This document shows positions 1 to 12,512 of a stretch of 64,000 nucleotides of DNA, piece by piece (the stretch's first letter is position 1; each line of letters opens with the position of its first letter). Below the pieces are notes generated by a model, which searched no databases, was not told the origin of the DNA, and saw nothing but the letters and a program-made list of their open reading frames with translations. This DNA comes from Macrostomum lignano (taxonomy: Eukaryota). The translations under genes were made by a program, and so were the position numbers. The DNA is taken from positions 28,252-92,251 of the forward strand of contig NIVC01003537.1 of the NCBI GenBank assembly GCA_002269645.1. Direction: 5' to 3'.

Positions 1-17
1 TCGGTGGTATTCAGGAT

Positions 18-600
18 ATGGAGAAGTCGGCTCGAACCCAGTCAACGGATGCAAAGACTAAACAGCACGTTGCTCTGCTGAAGCAGTTTTTGCGCTCCAA
101 TGGTCTACCCGAAAACATCGAAGACATGCCAGTGCGCTACCTGGTGCAATACCTGAGGCTCTGGTTTGTTTCACTCAAGCGGAAGGATGGTAACGTCTAT
201 AGTGTCAACAGTCTGGTAGGATTTCGTGCCAGCATTCATTGCTATCTGAAACAGGAGCGGGACGTTGACATGATTGGGAATGAGCTGTTTAATGCTTTTG
301 AGCGTACGTATAAGGCGATGCTAACTGCTTCTGTGAAAGCTGCACGTATTCTCGAAGAAGCGACTGGCTCCCGCCAGATTTAAGATTCCGACTTAAAGAA
401 GCTTTCTTCGTACTTCGACCGCAGTGATCCTATAATTTCTTTCTGATTGCTTGGCATTTTGGTTTTCGAGGCCGTGAGTGGGTTCGAGAGCTGGCCCCTG
501 ATGCCATCATTTTCGGCACCGATGGCGGTCGTGAATGCATCGCTCTCAAGATTGACCGGCAAAGAGAAAAATGCTGATAAAATATATCCGCTGCCTATGG
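18..600 (+). pseudogene. Crypton-like / DUF3504 tyrosine-recombinase remnant
   Basis: ORF 18-383 (FVSLKRKDGNVYSVNSLVGFRASIHCYL) continues after a TAA. After a frameshift near 450 it reads HFGFRGREWVREL, resembling the hFGxRGrE motif of Crypton/DUF3504 proteins. Stops and a frameshift are present. Confidence 0.65.
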
Positions 601-894
601 TTCAGTTGTCTACAAGCAAAAGATTGATGATTTCTATGAAATTTCTGCCCGGCAGAACGGGTGGGAATAAAAAATACTTTTAGCACGTTAAGCGAGTGCG
701 GAGAATGAAAATAAGTAAATAAGTTTAGGATGCAATTCGCAATTTCGACAACAGTAACGCACCTAAAAACTGATAGTTAATTACTCTAAAGCGCACTGTA
801 AATTCGCGGTTAATTACAGTGTACCTTAAATTTCGATCTCGCCTCCGATCTCAGTCAGATCTGGATCTCCTTCGGGCAGAATTTCCGGAAGTCT

Positions 895-1990
895 CAGGCT
901 CGGCTCGAGCAGCTGGCTGCCTTGCAGGTCAGGCTAAGCTGCTGTCGGCTGTTCCGGAGCTGGCTGCTCCGCTGGTTCCAAATCGCTGTCTTCGGTAGAC
1001 TCGTGGGGCAACATCCGCGCGGCCTCTCAGTAGGGCGCGGTGGTTCCTGCGGTCTCTCAGCCATCATCTGCGGCACCTTGATGATGTTGTTGCGATGTAC
1101 GAGCATCTCTGCTGGGCGTCCTCACTGCGTTGTTGATGTCTTGATCCAGTACGCCACTTCTACTTTCTTGACGAACTAGTGCATGCTTTTTAGGGCCGAT
1201 GGAACTTGGGCAGCTCTTGGGCAGAGCTTCAGGTGGGCTAAGCAGACGAGATCTCCTAGCTGCAGTTCCATTGGCTTTGGCCTATTCTCGTAGTATTCCT
1301 CTCGGCGCTGAATCTCCGCATGTAGCCGCGTGTAGGTCGGCAGCTACATCCAGTCCCAGTCGGTCTAGGTTGTTTCAATGGGATACCGATAGGGCACACC
1401 GTAGACTACGTTAGTGCAGCGAGAACCCGGTAGTCCGGTTGACGCTTGATATTAGGGCTGTCAATAGAGCTGGCAGCATCTTTTCCCATTGCTGATGGTT
1501 TTCTAGGAGACAGTTGAGAACTTTCTTGATAACTTTTATTGCACGACGTACTCGGCTTGTCTGCTAGCCCAAAGCGCGTATATGGCGGTATTGTAGTCTT
1601 TCGGATGTCATAGACTTCGCAGAAATGCCAAAACTCGTGTCCCGTGTGAACTACATTGTTTTCCTTGATCAGAGTAGATCCTGGCCGAGATTCCAGTGAT
1701 CGGGAATACTTGCTCCTACAGGAGAGTGATGATCGTCTTGGCCCGCTGATTCTTCATGGCGAAAGGGTACTTCAACGTGGTGTCGACAAGTCAGGATACA
1801 AACATAACATAATTTTACGCAAACATAATTTGAATTTTTCGCTGACCAAGAGACGAGACCGAACTTGGTTGGGGCCTGGAGAAGCCGTTGACGTTGATTC
1901 TTTTTACTGCTATATTTTGGCGTCAGGGTCTCCATCCAGCAATCCGAAGTTTCCGACGTTAGTCGACGTCCCGACATGTCTATCGACATC
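895..1990 (-). mobile_element. Degenerate Gypsy-type LTR retrotransposon integrase fragment
   Basis: Minus-strand frames give IYSDQGKQ (~1655-1678), FCEVYDIRKTTIPPY, KVIKKVLNCLLENHQQWEKMLPALLTALISSVNRTTGFS and a C-terminal YWIK...LVHRNNI segment. It is broken by stops and frameshifts. Confidence 0.7.
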
Positions 1991-2689
1991 TACATGCACA
2001 TGTATGTCAGGACTTTTACTTTTCTTCGTCGATTTCTTCAACAGCCACCCACTGATACCTCTTGTCAATCAGTGATATTTTGCATTTTTAATTCTAACGT
2101 AGATAAAAAATTGAGTATTTGTGTTGTGACGGCTTGAGTTCTTACATCGCTTTAGTGCTCCGTCGTTTTCAAGTCTTTGGTGAGAAATAATTGGCATTTA
2201 AATATTTTTTCTACTTAAGTTTATATCTCTGTACGTACTGGTTGACCTGTCAATCAAAATAGTTTATCGATTTTTTTGTTTCAATTTTAATCTTTAAGTT
2301 TCTAAAAACGACTATAAAAACGTTTTGAATTTCCCTCCAAGCTGCATGTTGTCTGGTTTGTCAACCGATCGTCTCTCTTGGCTTGTGCTGGCTCTATTTA
2401 CCATACATGTAGTCACAATGCCTCTATATCCAGTACAACCATGGCATCGAAGGGACTTAATTAACACCACGAAGTGGCTGGCACCGAAATGTCTGGCCAC
2501 CAAAAAAGTGTCTGCAGCACCAATTTGTCTGGCACTGAAGTGTCTGGTATTAATTAAAAAATTCACTCGCCAGACTCAATTCTGAGAGAAACACTTCGTG
2601 ATCCCCGACAGCAATACGACGTCGGCGTTTGATCATTCAGCGGAGAGGATGTTCATTCAGATGGTCTTCCAATGTGGATGTTGGCCGGT

Positions 2690-5105
2690 CTCGCGTGTGG
2701 GATTGGGCGTGCGCGCTTTTACTCCGTTCGTGATTTCAACTCCGTACGTGCGGGTGCTCATCACACTCTGCACGTCTCCTGCTCCATGATCATAGGTTTG
2801 ACGGACATTGTACACCATTGGTGTTTTAGTCCCGTGGATTCGGATGGCTGCAATTGAATCTCACGTCTGTAAGAAATTGTCTCGTAAGAAATCGTTGTTG
2901 TCAGTGCGCTTGGCACTTCGTCTCTCCTCGCATACTCTTTGCGATCTCGGCTTGCTCTTTTAACATTTTGGCATCGCGAACAGGATATCATATTGAATGT
3001 CCATAAAGCTGCGGGACCCATCTGAGTTGCGAGCATGGATCAAAGTTTTTGATACCCAGGCGCTGGTCAAAAGGAGTGAAGGACACTGATCGCACTGATG
3101 ACACAGCTGGCAATCTGGTGCCTTCCTTGGCTGTCTTGGTATGGCACAGCTCATCAGGCACCAGCTGGTTGCGCCCAAACCGCTCTCGCAGATGAAGTGG
3201 ACGGAAATCAAGGAGTGCCTCGTGAGGTTTCTGGAACCCAAGAAGAGGCTGCTTGATTGCCGTGAGAGCAGCCTTCATTTCCATGCGCCAGTTAGAGGGC
3301 GGGACGATTGCCGGCTTCGCTGCCCGACTTCAAGAGCAAGTGGTGTTCTGCGAATTCGAGAAGCTGAAGGGCGAGAATGTTAATCCAGCTGAGCAGCTGA
3401 TCAATACCACTTTTGTCAGCAGTTTCCCGCGCCCTCTTGAGCTAGCTTTTGACTGCCGCTGGTCGTAATAACTGGAAGTTAACGAGAAACCGCTCCCGCT
3501 ATCCCGCTACCCCACACTGCAAGCCCGGAAGGATATCCTGACGAGGCGTGCACCCCTGCGAGCTGTCAAATCTGCACAGAGTTCTGAGTTCCCACGTCTC
3601 GTTTATTTGCTCAACCGGGAGTCTCCCTCATCAAAGGCCAAGCCCCAAGCTGGTGGCAGCAACTACGAGCGTATATTGCCAAAGCTACTAGAAGGCTTCC
3701 AAGAATCAGCAGGAAACCTAAGGTAGATTACTTAAGTGCTGAAATCAAGCGGGAAACCCCTGTACTACAAAAGTCTTGGCAGAGTTCTTTGTGAGCCAGA
3801 TCACTGAGAGTACATGTACATGTACAGCAACTTCAGATGGTGAGCAAATTTTCGGTGGAAGACGGTCTGGTGATCCACGGAACCAAAATTGTGCCTCCGG
3901 TTGTCTCCGCAGGCGCATCCTGGAGGTGGCACACGACGAGATTCACGACGACAACCACCAAGGCGCACGCACATCTCCAAAGAGTTCTGGTGGGCTGGGT
4001 TTCTATCGCGATGTCCGCAGCTTTGTGTGAAGCTGCCAGCAGTACTCAGAACTCTGAGGTGCTCAGGACTCCTACTCGGGGTGGCCTGAGGTGATCCAGG
4101 TGCCAGACTGAACTGCGGGTTTTAAGAGCGCGTTGTTCACCAGGAACGGAGTGCCTCCTCGGACGCTGGCTGGGATTTAATTCGGAGAAAGTTTCCCAAT
4201 GGCTGCGCAGCATCGGGTGCCAGGAGCCGCACACTCCACCGTACCATCCGGCCTCGAACGGTCAGGCAGAAAGGCTGGTGAGGATCATCAAGGATGGACT
4301 CAAGGCGTGGACGAAGATAGTGCCGTTCAACCACTTCTTGCAGAAAGTGCTGCTGACGATGAGGACCAGCCGACCCAGTAAAAATCTTTGCCACCAGTTA
4401 ACGATGACTGCATGAGCAGGTGGTCGACTCAATCTGGCTGAGGATGCTCGCCGGGGTTCCGGCCATGCAATTTCGTGGTGCAGCACGGCCAGAACACGGC
4501 TCCGGTAGTCAGTGCTCTGGCCGGCCAAGAGCGTTTGAGTCGCTTTTGAGGGGGCCGAACCTGAGGCGGATCGTTGCCCGATAGCAGTTTCCTACGCCAT
4601 GCAGGGTCGAGCAGTCGATCACACTAGTCTTTATAGCAGCTGACGGGCTGGGGCGCTGGATTAAACTGGTACACAGCTAGTCACGGGTGACTCAGATACA
4701 TGTAGCTCAGAATCAGGGAGTTAACTCTTGTGACTTAACTCTTTGAATTTTTTTGCTGTTGTTTGGTTGGTGTCTTAATTTTTTTTTGCGAGGGCAGTAT
4801 TGGGTCGCGTGTTAGGGGTTGGGCATTCGCTTTTACTCCGTAAGTTATACTGTATTTTTCGTCCTGATTTTAACTCCGTGCGTGTGCTCATTGTCTATTG
4901 CTCACGCTCTTTTGCACGGGTCTCTGCTGTAAATTTATGTACATTCACATGTACAATGCAAGTTACGAGAGTACGTGTAATATTGGTGTTCAGCCCTGGG
5001 TTAGGGTGGCTGCAATTATGAATCTCGCCTATAAATCGTCTCGCTGTTTGTCAGTGCACTTGGCACAATTTTGTCTTTCATCACGTACGTCGCTTTGCCT
5101 ACGAT
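2690..5105 (+). mobile_element. Internally deleted Gypsy-like LTR element (gag + integrase) between diverged direct repeats
   Basis: Gag-like QLEGGTIAGFAARLQEQVVFCEFEKL (~3290-3370), integrase Zn region LRRRILEVAHDEIHD...RDVRSFV*SCQQ (~3900-4040) and core HTPPYHPASNGQAERLVRIIK (~4220-4290). Related sequences at ~2690-2945 and ~4800-5105 may be decayed LTRs. No protease/RT/RNase H was seen. Confidence 0.7.
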
Positions 5106-6047
5106 TTATACTAATTCCTCGCCTCTGATCTACTGAACACTGTGATTTAATGGTTTTTTTAGGGGGCGACAACCCTTACATTCTGTTTCTCAAACTTGAC
5201 AAGACCAAGACAAGCAGATCTTGTCGTGTCATTCTTAGCAGATCTTCTCAATCTGCTCGGTTTTTGCAGGATCTTCTAAGAAGGGAGATAAATTTGTTTT
5301 GTTATTCATTTTGCTGAAGTGTTCTAGCTGAATTATATTTTATGACACTATGGGACAATAAATTTAAGAAAATACTATACATGTATGCAATTCGAAGCTA
5401 TAATAAAATATATAAAAGTTAAGATATTGTACCATATGTAGCAAGTCCCCCAGATCTGGTAAGTTTACCCAAGTATTATAATAGCAAAGATCTTGCATGT
5501 TCTTGCAAGTACTTGCGCAGTAATCCAAGAAGATTTAGATAAGATCTGTTAAGAATCAACAAGTCAGGGAAGTTCACTGTTGTTTCAAAGAGATGAGCAA
5601 AAATCGAAAAACTTTATTGAACTTCGCAGGAAAAATATTGTAAGCAAAGTTATTATTCCTTTGGTAATGTGCACGTATTCATGCAAATTGCAAATGTAAC
5701 AGCAACACGTACACAGCTATACTTTGCAGATATAAATTAGCAGCAGATAGTTGTGCTTTCAATCTAAAAGTAAATCTTATATTTGCGCTTTGATAAATTG
5801 AAATATTTTAATAGATTTTTTGCATCGCAAAGAATACATCTTATCCTACCATACTCATTGGCTACAATCTACTTTGTTGAATCTTGTGCAGACGCAAAGC
5901 AATTTTTAATTTTAGAAGTATTGAACACTTTATTTAAAGCCAATTTGTGTCAATTAAATTTAGTTAAGTTAGTCATCAGTGAAAGCGTCATTAATTTCTG
6001 CCTCTCCATTTTGGTTTACTTCCTGAGAAAACATTTATTTTGTGATT

Positions 6048-8438
6048 ATGGATCGAATCAAAGGATACTGGAACACAATTCTTTCCGAATTATCAAGTCC
6101 GCTAAATCTTGCCCTCGTTGGTATTTGTGCTTTTCTGACCTATAAGATTTTCTTTGGTCGCTCAAAACCAGAGCTTCCACCGCCCAAGTCAAATCGTTTG
6201 CCTAAGATGAAGAAACGTGACTTTACTCGACAAGAGCTTGCGCGTTATAACGGTGTTGACAATGATGAAAAGCGGATTTTGATTGCCATTCGAGGGACAG
6301 TCTTTGATGTGAGCAATCGAGGCCGCGATTTCTATGGCCCTGGTAAGTTTATACTTTATATTAAGGAGTAAGGAATATACTTAATACTTATTCTAATACT
6401 CAAACCAATGCTAAGACTTATGCTCAGAGGTGAACTGTAATCTATCATAGCTAGTAACAGCTGTTCTGTAGAATTAGTTTCAGAGGGTAAGAACTTTGCC
6501 CCAGAACAGCTTGTTGGCTTAACAGTGCAATTTTAATATTCCAAGCATTGCCATTAGGTCTAGAACACACTGAAATAAATTTTTAGAAGTTAGGCCTAAT
6601 TTAGAGGCTATCTATAATATAGATCTATAATATATGCATTATTTCTAACCATGATTGACTATAAAAAGTATATTACAACTAATAAATTTAAATTTTTATT
6701 AAATTAGGCCTAACAAATAAGCAGTGCTTATTTCCATGGTACCATATATAAGAATAATTTTTGTCTTATTCCTAAAGTACCATGGGAATGATTTTCTGCT
6801 TATTTGCATAGTAGTGTAACGATGTTGATATTTATATTTTAAAAAATAATAATTTAGTATTATTAATGTCTCTTTAGTATTTTATTAATTTATTTACTAT
6901 TCATTAGCAAATCTTAAAGTTATTCAATATTTACACTTAAAATTTGTTTTACTGTATCCTTCATAGAAATAAGAGTATTACATTATTTTAAAGGTGGTTA
7001 TATCGCGTTTTTGCGCTCTAGGCTTCCTCTCTTGCTCTGGTCTCGTTTCGTGCATGTTTTTGGTTGGTGCCTGTTACTATAGCTTACTAACAATAATTAA
7101 ACGTCAATAGTTTAAATCCTGCCTGTTCAAATTATTAATACAACAAAATAAAATCAGTCAAAGTTCAACATAGGACTATTCAACTCGATTCGGCCACAAG
7201 ACTCTGACTCTCCTACTATGAAGACTCAGTTTACTATTGATCGTGCAGCCGTCAGCAACTTTAGCCATTAAGCACCGAACAAAGAGGGGTCGCGTCACAT
7301 TAGCTGTCCTATTTTCTTTACATATACCATTGCCATAGAAATAATTTCTATATTATCTGCATAGCACACTGACAAGATAGTTATCTTATATTCCCATAGA
7401 TACTATAAGGAATAATGTAAATTTAAATTAAATAATTAAATTAAATAATTAATTAAATAATAAGTAATTTAATATTTTTAAACTCATCTTTTTATGCCAT
7501 TAACTATAAAACATAGATAAAATTAATATTGGTAGACTGTCTTAATCTATTTGCATGAAAAAATAATTTTTTATATTGAAGATATGGAGCTTTTAGCTTC
7601 TTAAAGAATTCAAATTTAGGCAAGTTTTTCCTATTTTCATTAGTGATAGAGTTTCTAGCAAAATCGGAGTCAATTTGAATAAAACTATAGTAATGTATGT
7701 GTGTGCAACTTATCTTTGATCTACTTTAATTTACATGAATCAGATCAGCTGGCATTTGCACATACATATTACAGAAATACATTTCTCATTTTGCACTTTT
7801 CCAAAATGTTTGACTGTAATTTTAGTGTCACCTTATAGTCACAGTGCAAAATAAAAGCTTTCTAAATTATCTTACAAGAATTTTTGTAGTTAATATGCAT
7901 GTTTAGGCACCTATTTTACTGTAGTTTCCATAGTATTACATAGCCATATCCTAAGTATTAAAAACAATTTTTTAATGACTATTATTTAATTATCCAATAT
8001 GAATTCTAAAAGTTTCTGCACTAGTTCACACTGCACAGAGTAAGAAGATGGTTATTAAAATATTTTTTAACTTCAGGTGGTCCCTACGAGGACCTGGCTG
8101 GCCGCGATGCCTCTCGGGCCCTGGCCACCTTCTCCCTGAACAAGGACGCCTTCAAGGATGAGGTGGACGATCTAAGCGACTTGGACAGCTTTCAAGTTGA
8201 GAGCCTGGACAACTGGGAGCAGCAGTTCAAAGGTAGGGTGGCTTGAGTTAAGCACCGGATTTGCGTACACACCCAGCATCCAGCTGATACCATCCCATTA
8301 TTGATCAATAAACGTTTATAACATTTATTTTCAGAAAAGTACGACACTGTAGGCAAACTGCTCAAGCCGGGCGAGCAGCCAACTGAATATCCGGACTCTG
8401 ATGGTGACGGAGCTGAAGGTCACGCTAAAAATAATTAA
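6048..8438 (+). CDS. PGRMC1: Membrane-associated progesterone receptor component (MAPR, cytochrome b5-like heme/steroid-binding), 184 aa, 3 exons
   Basis: Exons 6048-6342, 8077-8232 and 8335-8438 have GT-AG junctions in phase (555 nt). The protein has an N-terminal TM helix, then DFTRQELARYNG, FDVS, FYGPGGPYEDLAGRDASRALATF, DDLSDL and KYDTVGKLLKPGEQPTEY. It is co-orthologous to PGRMC1/2. Confidence 0.95.
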
Positions 8439-8914
8439 ATTGATTTGGATTTTCAACTTAATCTATTTATTTTGACTGCAAACTACTTTTTGCACCGTTG
8501 CTTATTTAAGTAGTATGTGTTGATTTTTTAAGACGCAAGTTTGTTAATTTTTTTATATTGAAACTGTCATTCAGTCTTTTAAGTAATTATTTTTAGTATA
8601 TAGGATTTTTGTGTGCAAAAAATAATGAAAAAAATATACTAGCTGTTCGGTAGAAGCTGCTGATTTTTATTGCCTTGAGTAGATCATTAAAACCTGAAGA
8701 ATTTGTGTCATTTACTCGTACTTTGCTTAGCAGCCTCCTTGGGACCAGCAATCATTGGTCCCTCACTCTAGCAAGGCATCGGAGGAATAAAAATTGAAGT
8801 TCACATTTAAAATAACTTGCATGCTTATAAGATACTTTGTTAGTTTTGTACCAATAACGATGTTTAAAAAATAAAGGCATTACCATTGGCATCGGGCTTT
8901 CCAGCATCCATATC

Positions 8915-11900
8915 CTTGAGCATGGAATCTCAGCAACTCCCCATTGAGCCATGAAATCTCAGCAACTCCCCATTGAGCCATGGCATCTCAGCAACTCCCC
9001 TTGAGCCATGGCATCTCAGCAACTCCCCATTGAGCCATGGCATCTCAGCAACTCCCCTTAAGCTTTGTCATCTCAGCAACTCCCCCTTAAGCATTGTCAT
9101 CTCAGCAACTCCCCTTGAGCCATGGCATCTCAGCAACTCCCCTTAAGCCTTGTCATCTCAGCAACTCCCCTTAAGCCTTGTCATCTCAGCATCTCCGCTT
9201 AAGCCATGTCATCTCAGCAACTCCCCTTGAGCCATGGCATCTCAGCAACTCCCCATTGAGCCATGGCATCTCAGCAACTCCCCTTAAGCTTTGTCATCTC
9301 AGCAACTCCCCATTGAGCCATGGCATCTCAGCAACTCCCCTTGAGCCATGGCATCTCAGCAACTCCCCATTGAGCCATGGCATCTCAGCAACTCCCCTTA
9401 AGCTTTGTCATCTCAGCAACTCCCCATTGAGCCATGGCATCTCAGCAACTCCCCTTAAGCCTTGTCATCTCAGCAACTCCCCCATTGAGCCATGGCATCT
9501 CAGCAACTACCCCATTGAGCCATGGCATCTCAGCAACTCCCCATTGAGCCATGGCATCTCAGCAACTCCCCATTGAGCCATGGCATCTCAGCAACTCCCC
9601 TTAAGCCTTGTCATCTCAGCAACTCCCCATTGAGCCATGGCATCTCAGCAACTCCCCTTGAGCCATGGCATCTCAGCAACTCCCCATTGAGCCATGGCAT
9701 CTCAGCAACTCCCCTTAAGCTTTGTCATCTCAGCAACTCCCCTTAAGCCTAGTCATCTCAGCAACTACCCTTGAGCCATGACATCGATCAGCAACTCCCC
9801 TTAAGCTTTGTCATCTCAGCAACTCCCCATTGAGCCATGGCATCTCAGCAACTCCCCTTAAGCCTTGTCATCTCAGCAACTCCCCATTGAGCCATGGCAT
9901 CTCAGCAACTACCCCATTGAGCCATGGCATCTCAGCAACTCCCCATTGAGCCATGGCATCTCAGCAACTCCCCTTAAGCTTTGTCATCTCAGCAACTCCC
10001 CATTGAGCCATGGCATCAGCAACTCCCCTTAAGCATTGTCATCTCAGCAACTCCCCTTGAGCCATGGCATCTCAGCAACTCCCCTTAAGCCTTGTCATCT
10101 CAGCAACTCCCCTTAAGCCTTGTCATCTCAGCATCTCCCCTTAAGCCATGTCATCTCAGCAACTCCCCTTAAGCCATGTCATCTCAGCAACTCCCCATTG
10201 AGCCATGGCATCTCAGCAACTCCCCTTAAGCCTTGTCATCTCAGCAACTCCCCTTAAGCCATGTCATCTCAGCAACTCCCCTTGAGCCATGGCATCTCAG
10301 CAACTCCCCCATTGAGCCAAGGCATCTCAGAAACTCCCCATTGAGCCATGGCATCTCAGCAACTCCCCATTGAGCCATGGCATCTCAGCAACTCCCCATT
10401 GAGCCATGGCATCTCAGCAACTCCCCATTGAGCCATGGCATCTCAGCAACTCCCCTTAAGCCTATAGTCATCTCAGCAACTACCCTTGAGCCATGGCATC
10501 TCAGCAACTCCCCTTAAGCATTGTCATCTCAGCAACTCCCCTTGAGCCATGGCATCTCAGCAACTCCCCTTAAGCCTTGTCATCTCAGCAACTCCCCTTA
10601 AGCCTTGTCATCTCAGCATCTCCCCTTAAGCCATGTCATCGCAGCAACTCCGCTTAAGCCTTGTCATCTCAGCAACTCACCTTAAGCCTTGTCATCTCAG
10701 CAACTCCCCTTAAGCCATGTCATCTCAGCAACTCCCCTTAAGCCTTGTCATCTCAGCAACTCCCCTTAAGCCATGTCATCTCAGCAACTCCCCCTTGAGC
10801 CATGGCATCTCAGCAACTCCCCCATTGAGCCAAGGCATCTCAGAAACTCCCCATTGAGCCATGGCATCTCAGCAACTCCCCATTGAGCCATGGCATCTCA
10901 GCAACTCCCCATTGAGCCATGGCATCTCAGCAACTCCCCATTGAGCCATGGCATCTCAGCAACTCCCCTTAAGCCTATAGTCATCTCAGCAACTACCCTT
11001 GATCCATGGCATCTCAGCAACTCCCCATTGAGCCATGGCATCTCAGCAACTCCCCTTAAGCCTATAGTCATCTCAGCAACTACCCTTGAGCCATGGCATC
11101 TCAGCAACTCCCCTTAAGCATTGTCATCTCAGCAACTCCCCTTGAGCCATGGCATCTCAGCAACTCCCCTTAAGCCTTGTCATCTCAGCAACTCCCCTTA
11201 AGCCTTGTCATCTCAGCATCTCCCCTTAAGCCATGTCATCTCAGCAACTCCCCTTAAGCCATGGCATCTCAGCAACTCCCCATTGAGCCATGGCATCTCA
11301 GCAACTCCCCTTAAGCCTTGTCATCTCAGCAACTCCCCTTAAGACATGTCATCTCAGCAACTCCCCCTTGAGCCATGGCATCTCATCAACTCCCCCATTG
11401 AGCCAAGGCATCTCAGCAACTCCCCATTGAGCCATGGCATCTCAGCAACTACCCTTGATCCATGGCATCTCAGCAACTCCCCATTGAGCCATGGCATCTC
11501 AGCAACTCCCCTTAAGCCTATAGTCATCTCAGCAACTACCCTTGAGCCATGGCATCTCAGCAACTCCCCTTAAGCATTGTCATCTCAGCAACTCCCCTTG
11601 AGCCATGGCATCTCAGCAACTCCCCTTAAGCCTTGTCATCTCAGCAACTCCCCTTAAGCCTTGTCATCTCAGCATCTCCCCTTAAGCCATGTCATCTCAG
11701 CAACTCCCCTTAAGCCATGGCATCTCAGCAACTCCCCATTGAGCCATGGCATCTCAGCAACTCCCCTTAAGCCTTGTCATCTCAGCAACTCCCCTTAAGA
11801 CATGTCATCTCAGCAACTCCCCCTTGAGCCATGGCATCTCATCAACTCCCCCATTGAGCCAAGGCATCTCAGCAACTCCCCATTGAGCCATGGCATCTCA

Positions 11901-12035
11901 GAAACTCCCCATTGAGCCATGGCATCTCAGCAACTCCCCATTGAGCCATGGCATCTCAGCAACTCCCCATTGAGCCATGGCATCTCAGCAACTCCCCCAT
12001 TGAGCCATGGCATCTCAGCAACTCCCCCATGGCAT
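8915..12035 (+). repeat. ~26-28 bp satellite array (CCATTGAGCCATGGCATCTCAGCAACTCC and CCTTAAGCCTTGTCATCTCAGCAACTCC variants)
   Basis: About 3.1 kb of directly visible tandem units. Rare variants recur 456 bp apart (11061/11517 and 11341/11797). Confidence 0.97.
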
Positions 12036-12512
12036 CCCAGCTTTGAGTAAAAACCACTTCCTTTATGTAAATATACACGTACATATACATGTCGATGCTG
12101 CAGAAACTCATGTGTGTAGTTCTACGAGTATTTACTAGAATCTCTTGTACTGCCAAGCACGTGACGTTCAGCTCCAAAACTTCCCGTGAGAAAGCAGCAG
12201 GCCTGAGATCTGTGAGCCGCTTCTCACTGCTGCCACTACTGAGGGCTCTGCGGCCTCACTCTGGCGGCCTCAGCAACTCGGCTGCTGTCACGATCGCAGC
12301 TCCACAGTGAAACGTGACTCGGACAGCCACATCGGACCTGCAACTGCAGCAGAGCCTCAGCTGAGGCCGCGCCACTCAATCTGGCGAGATCCCACGCCCT
12401 CCACGCATTCCAGCAGCAGCTCGGGTGGATAAATGCCGACTCGCAATGCCTGCTCAAATTTGCAACTCAAAGTGGCCGCTCCAATCAGCGACTCCCATTG
12501 GCGACTCAGCAA

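Noticed and set aside
4137-4528. Apparent inverted integrase segment on the minus strand
   Set aside because: The true integrase core (TPPYHPASNGQAER) reads on the plus strand, collinear with gag, so there is no inversion.
5160-5580. Imperfect inverted repeat (GCAGATCTT words), possible MITE
   Set aside because: The arms are too degenerate to define termini or a TSD.
9178-11573. ORFs with SHGISATP / EPWHLSNSP repeats, and the similar ORFs at 23.0-23.8 kb
   Set aside because: These are translations of the satellite with no codon-level or domain support.
8915-12035. CRISPR-like array (short palindromic repeats)
   Set aside because: Units abut without unique spacers, there are no cas genes and the context is eukaryotic. 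It is a satellite.
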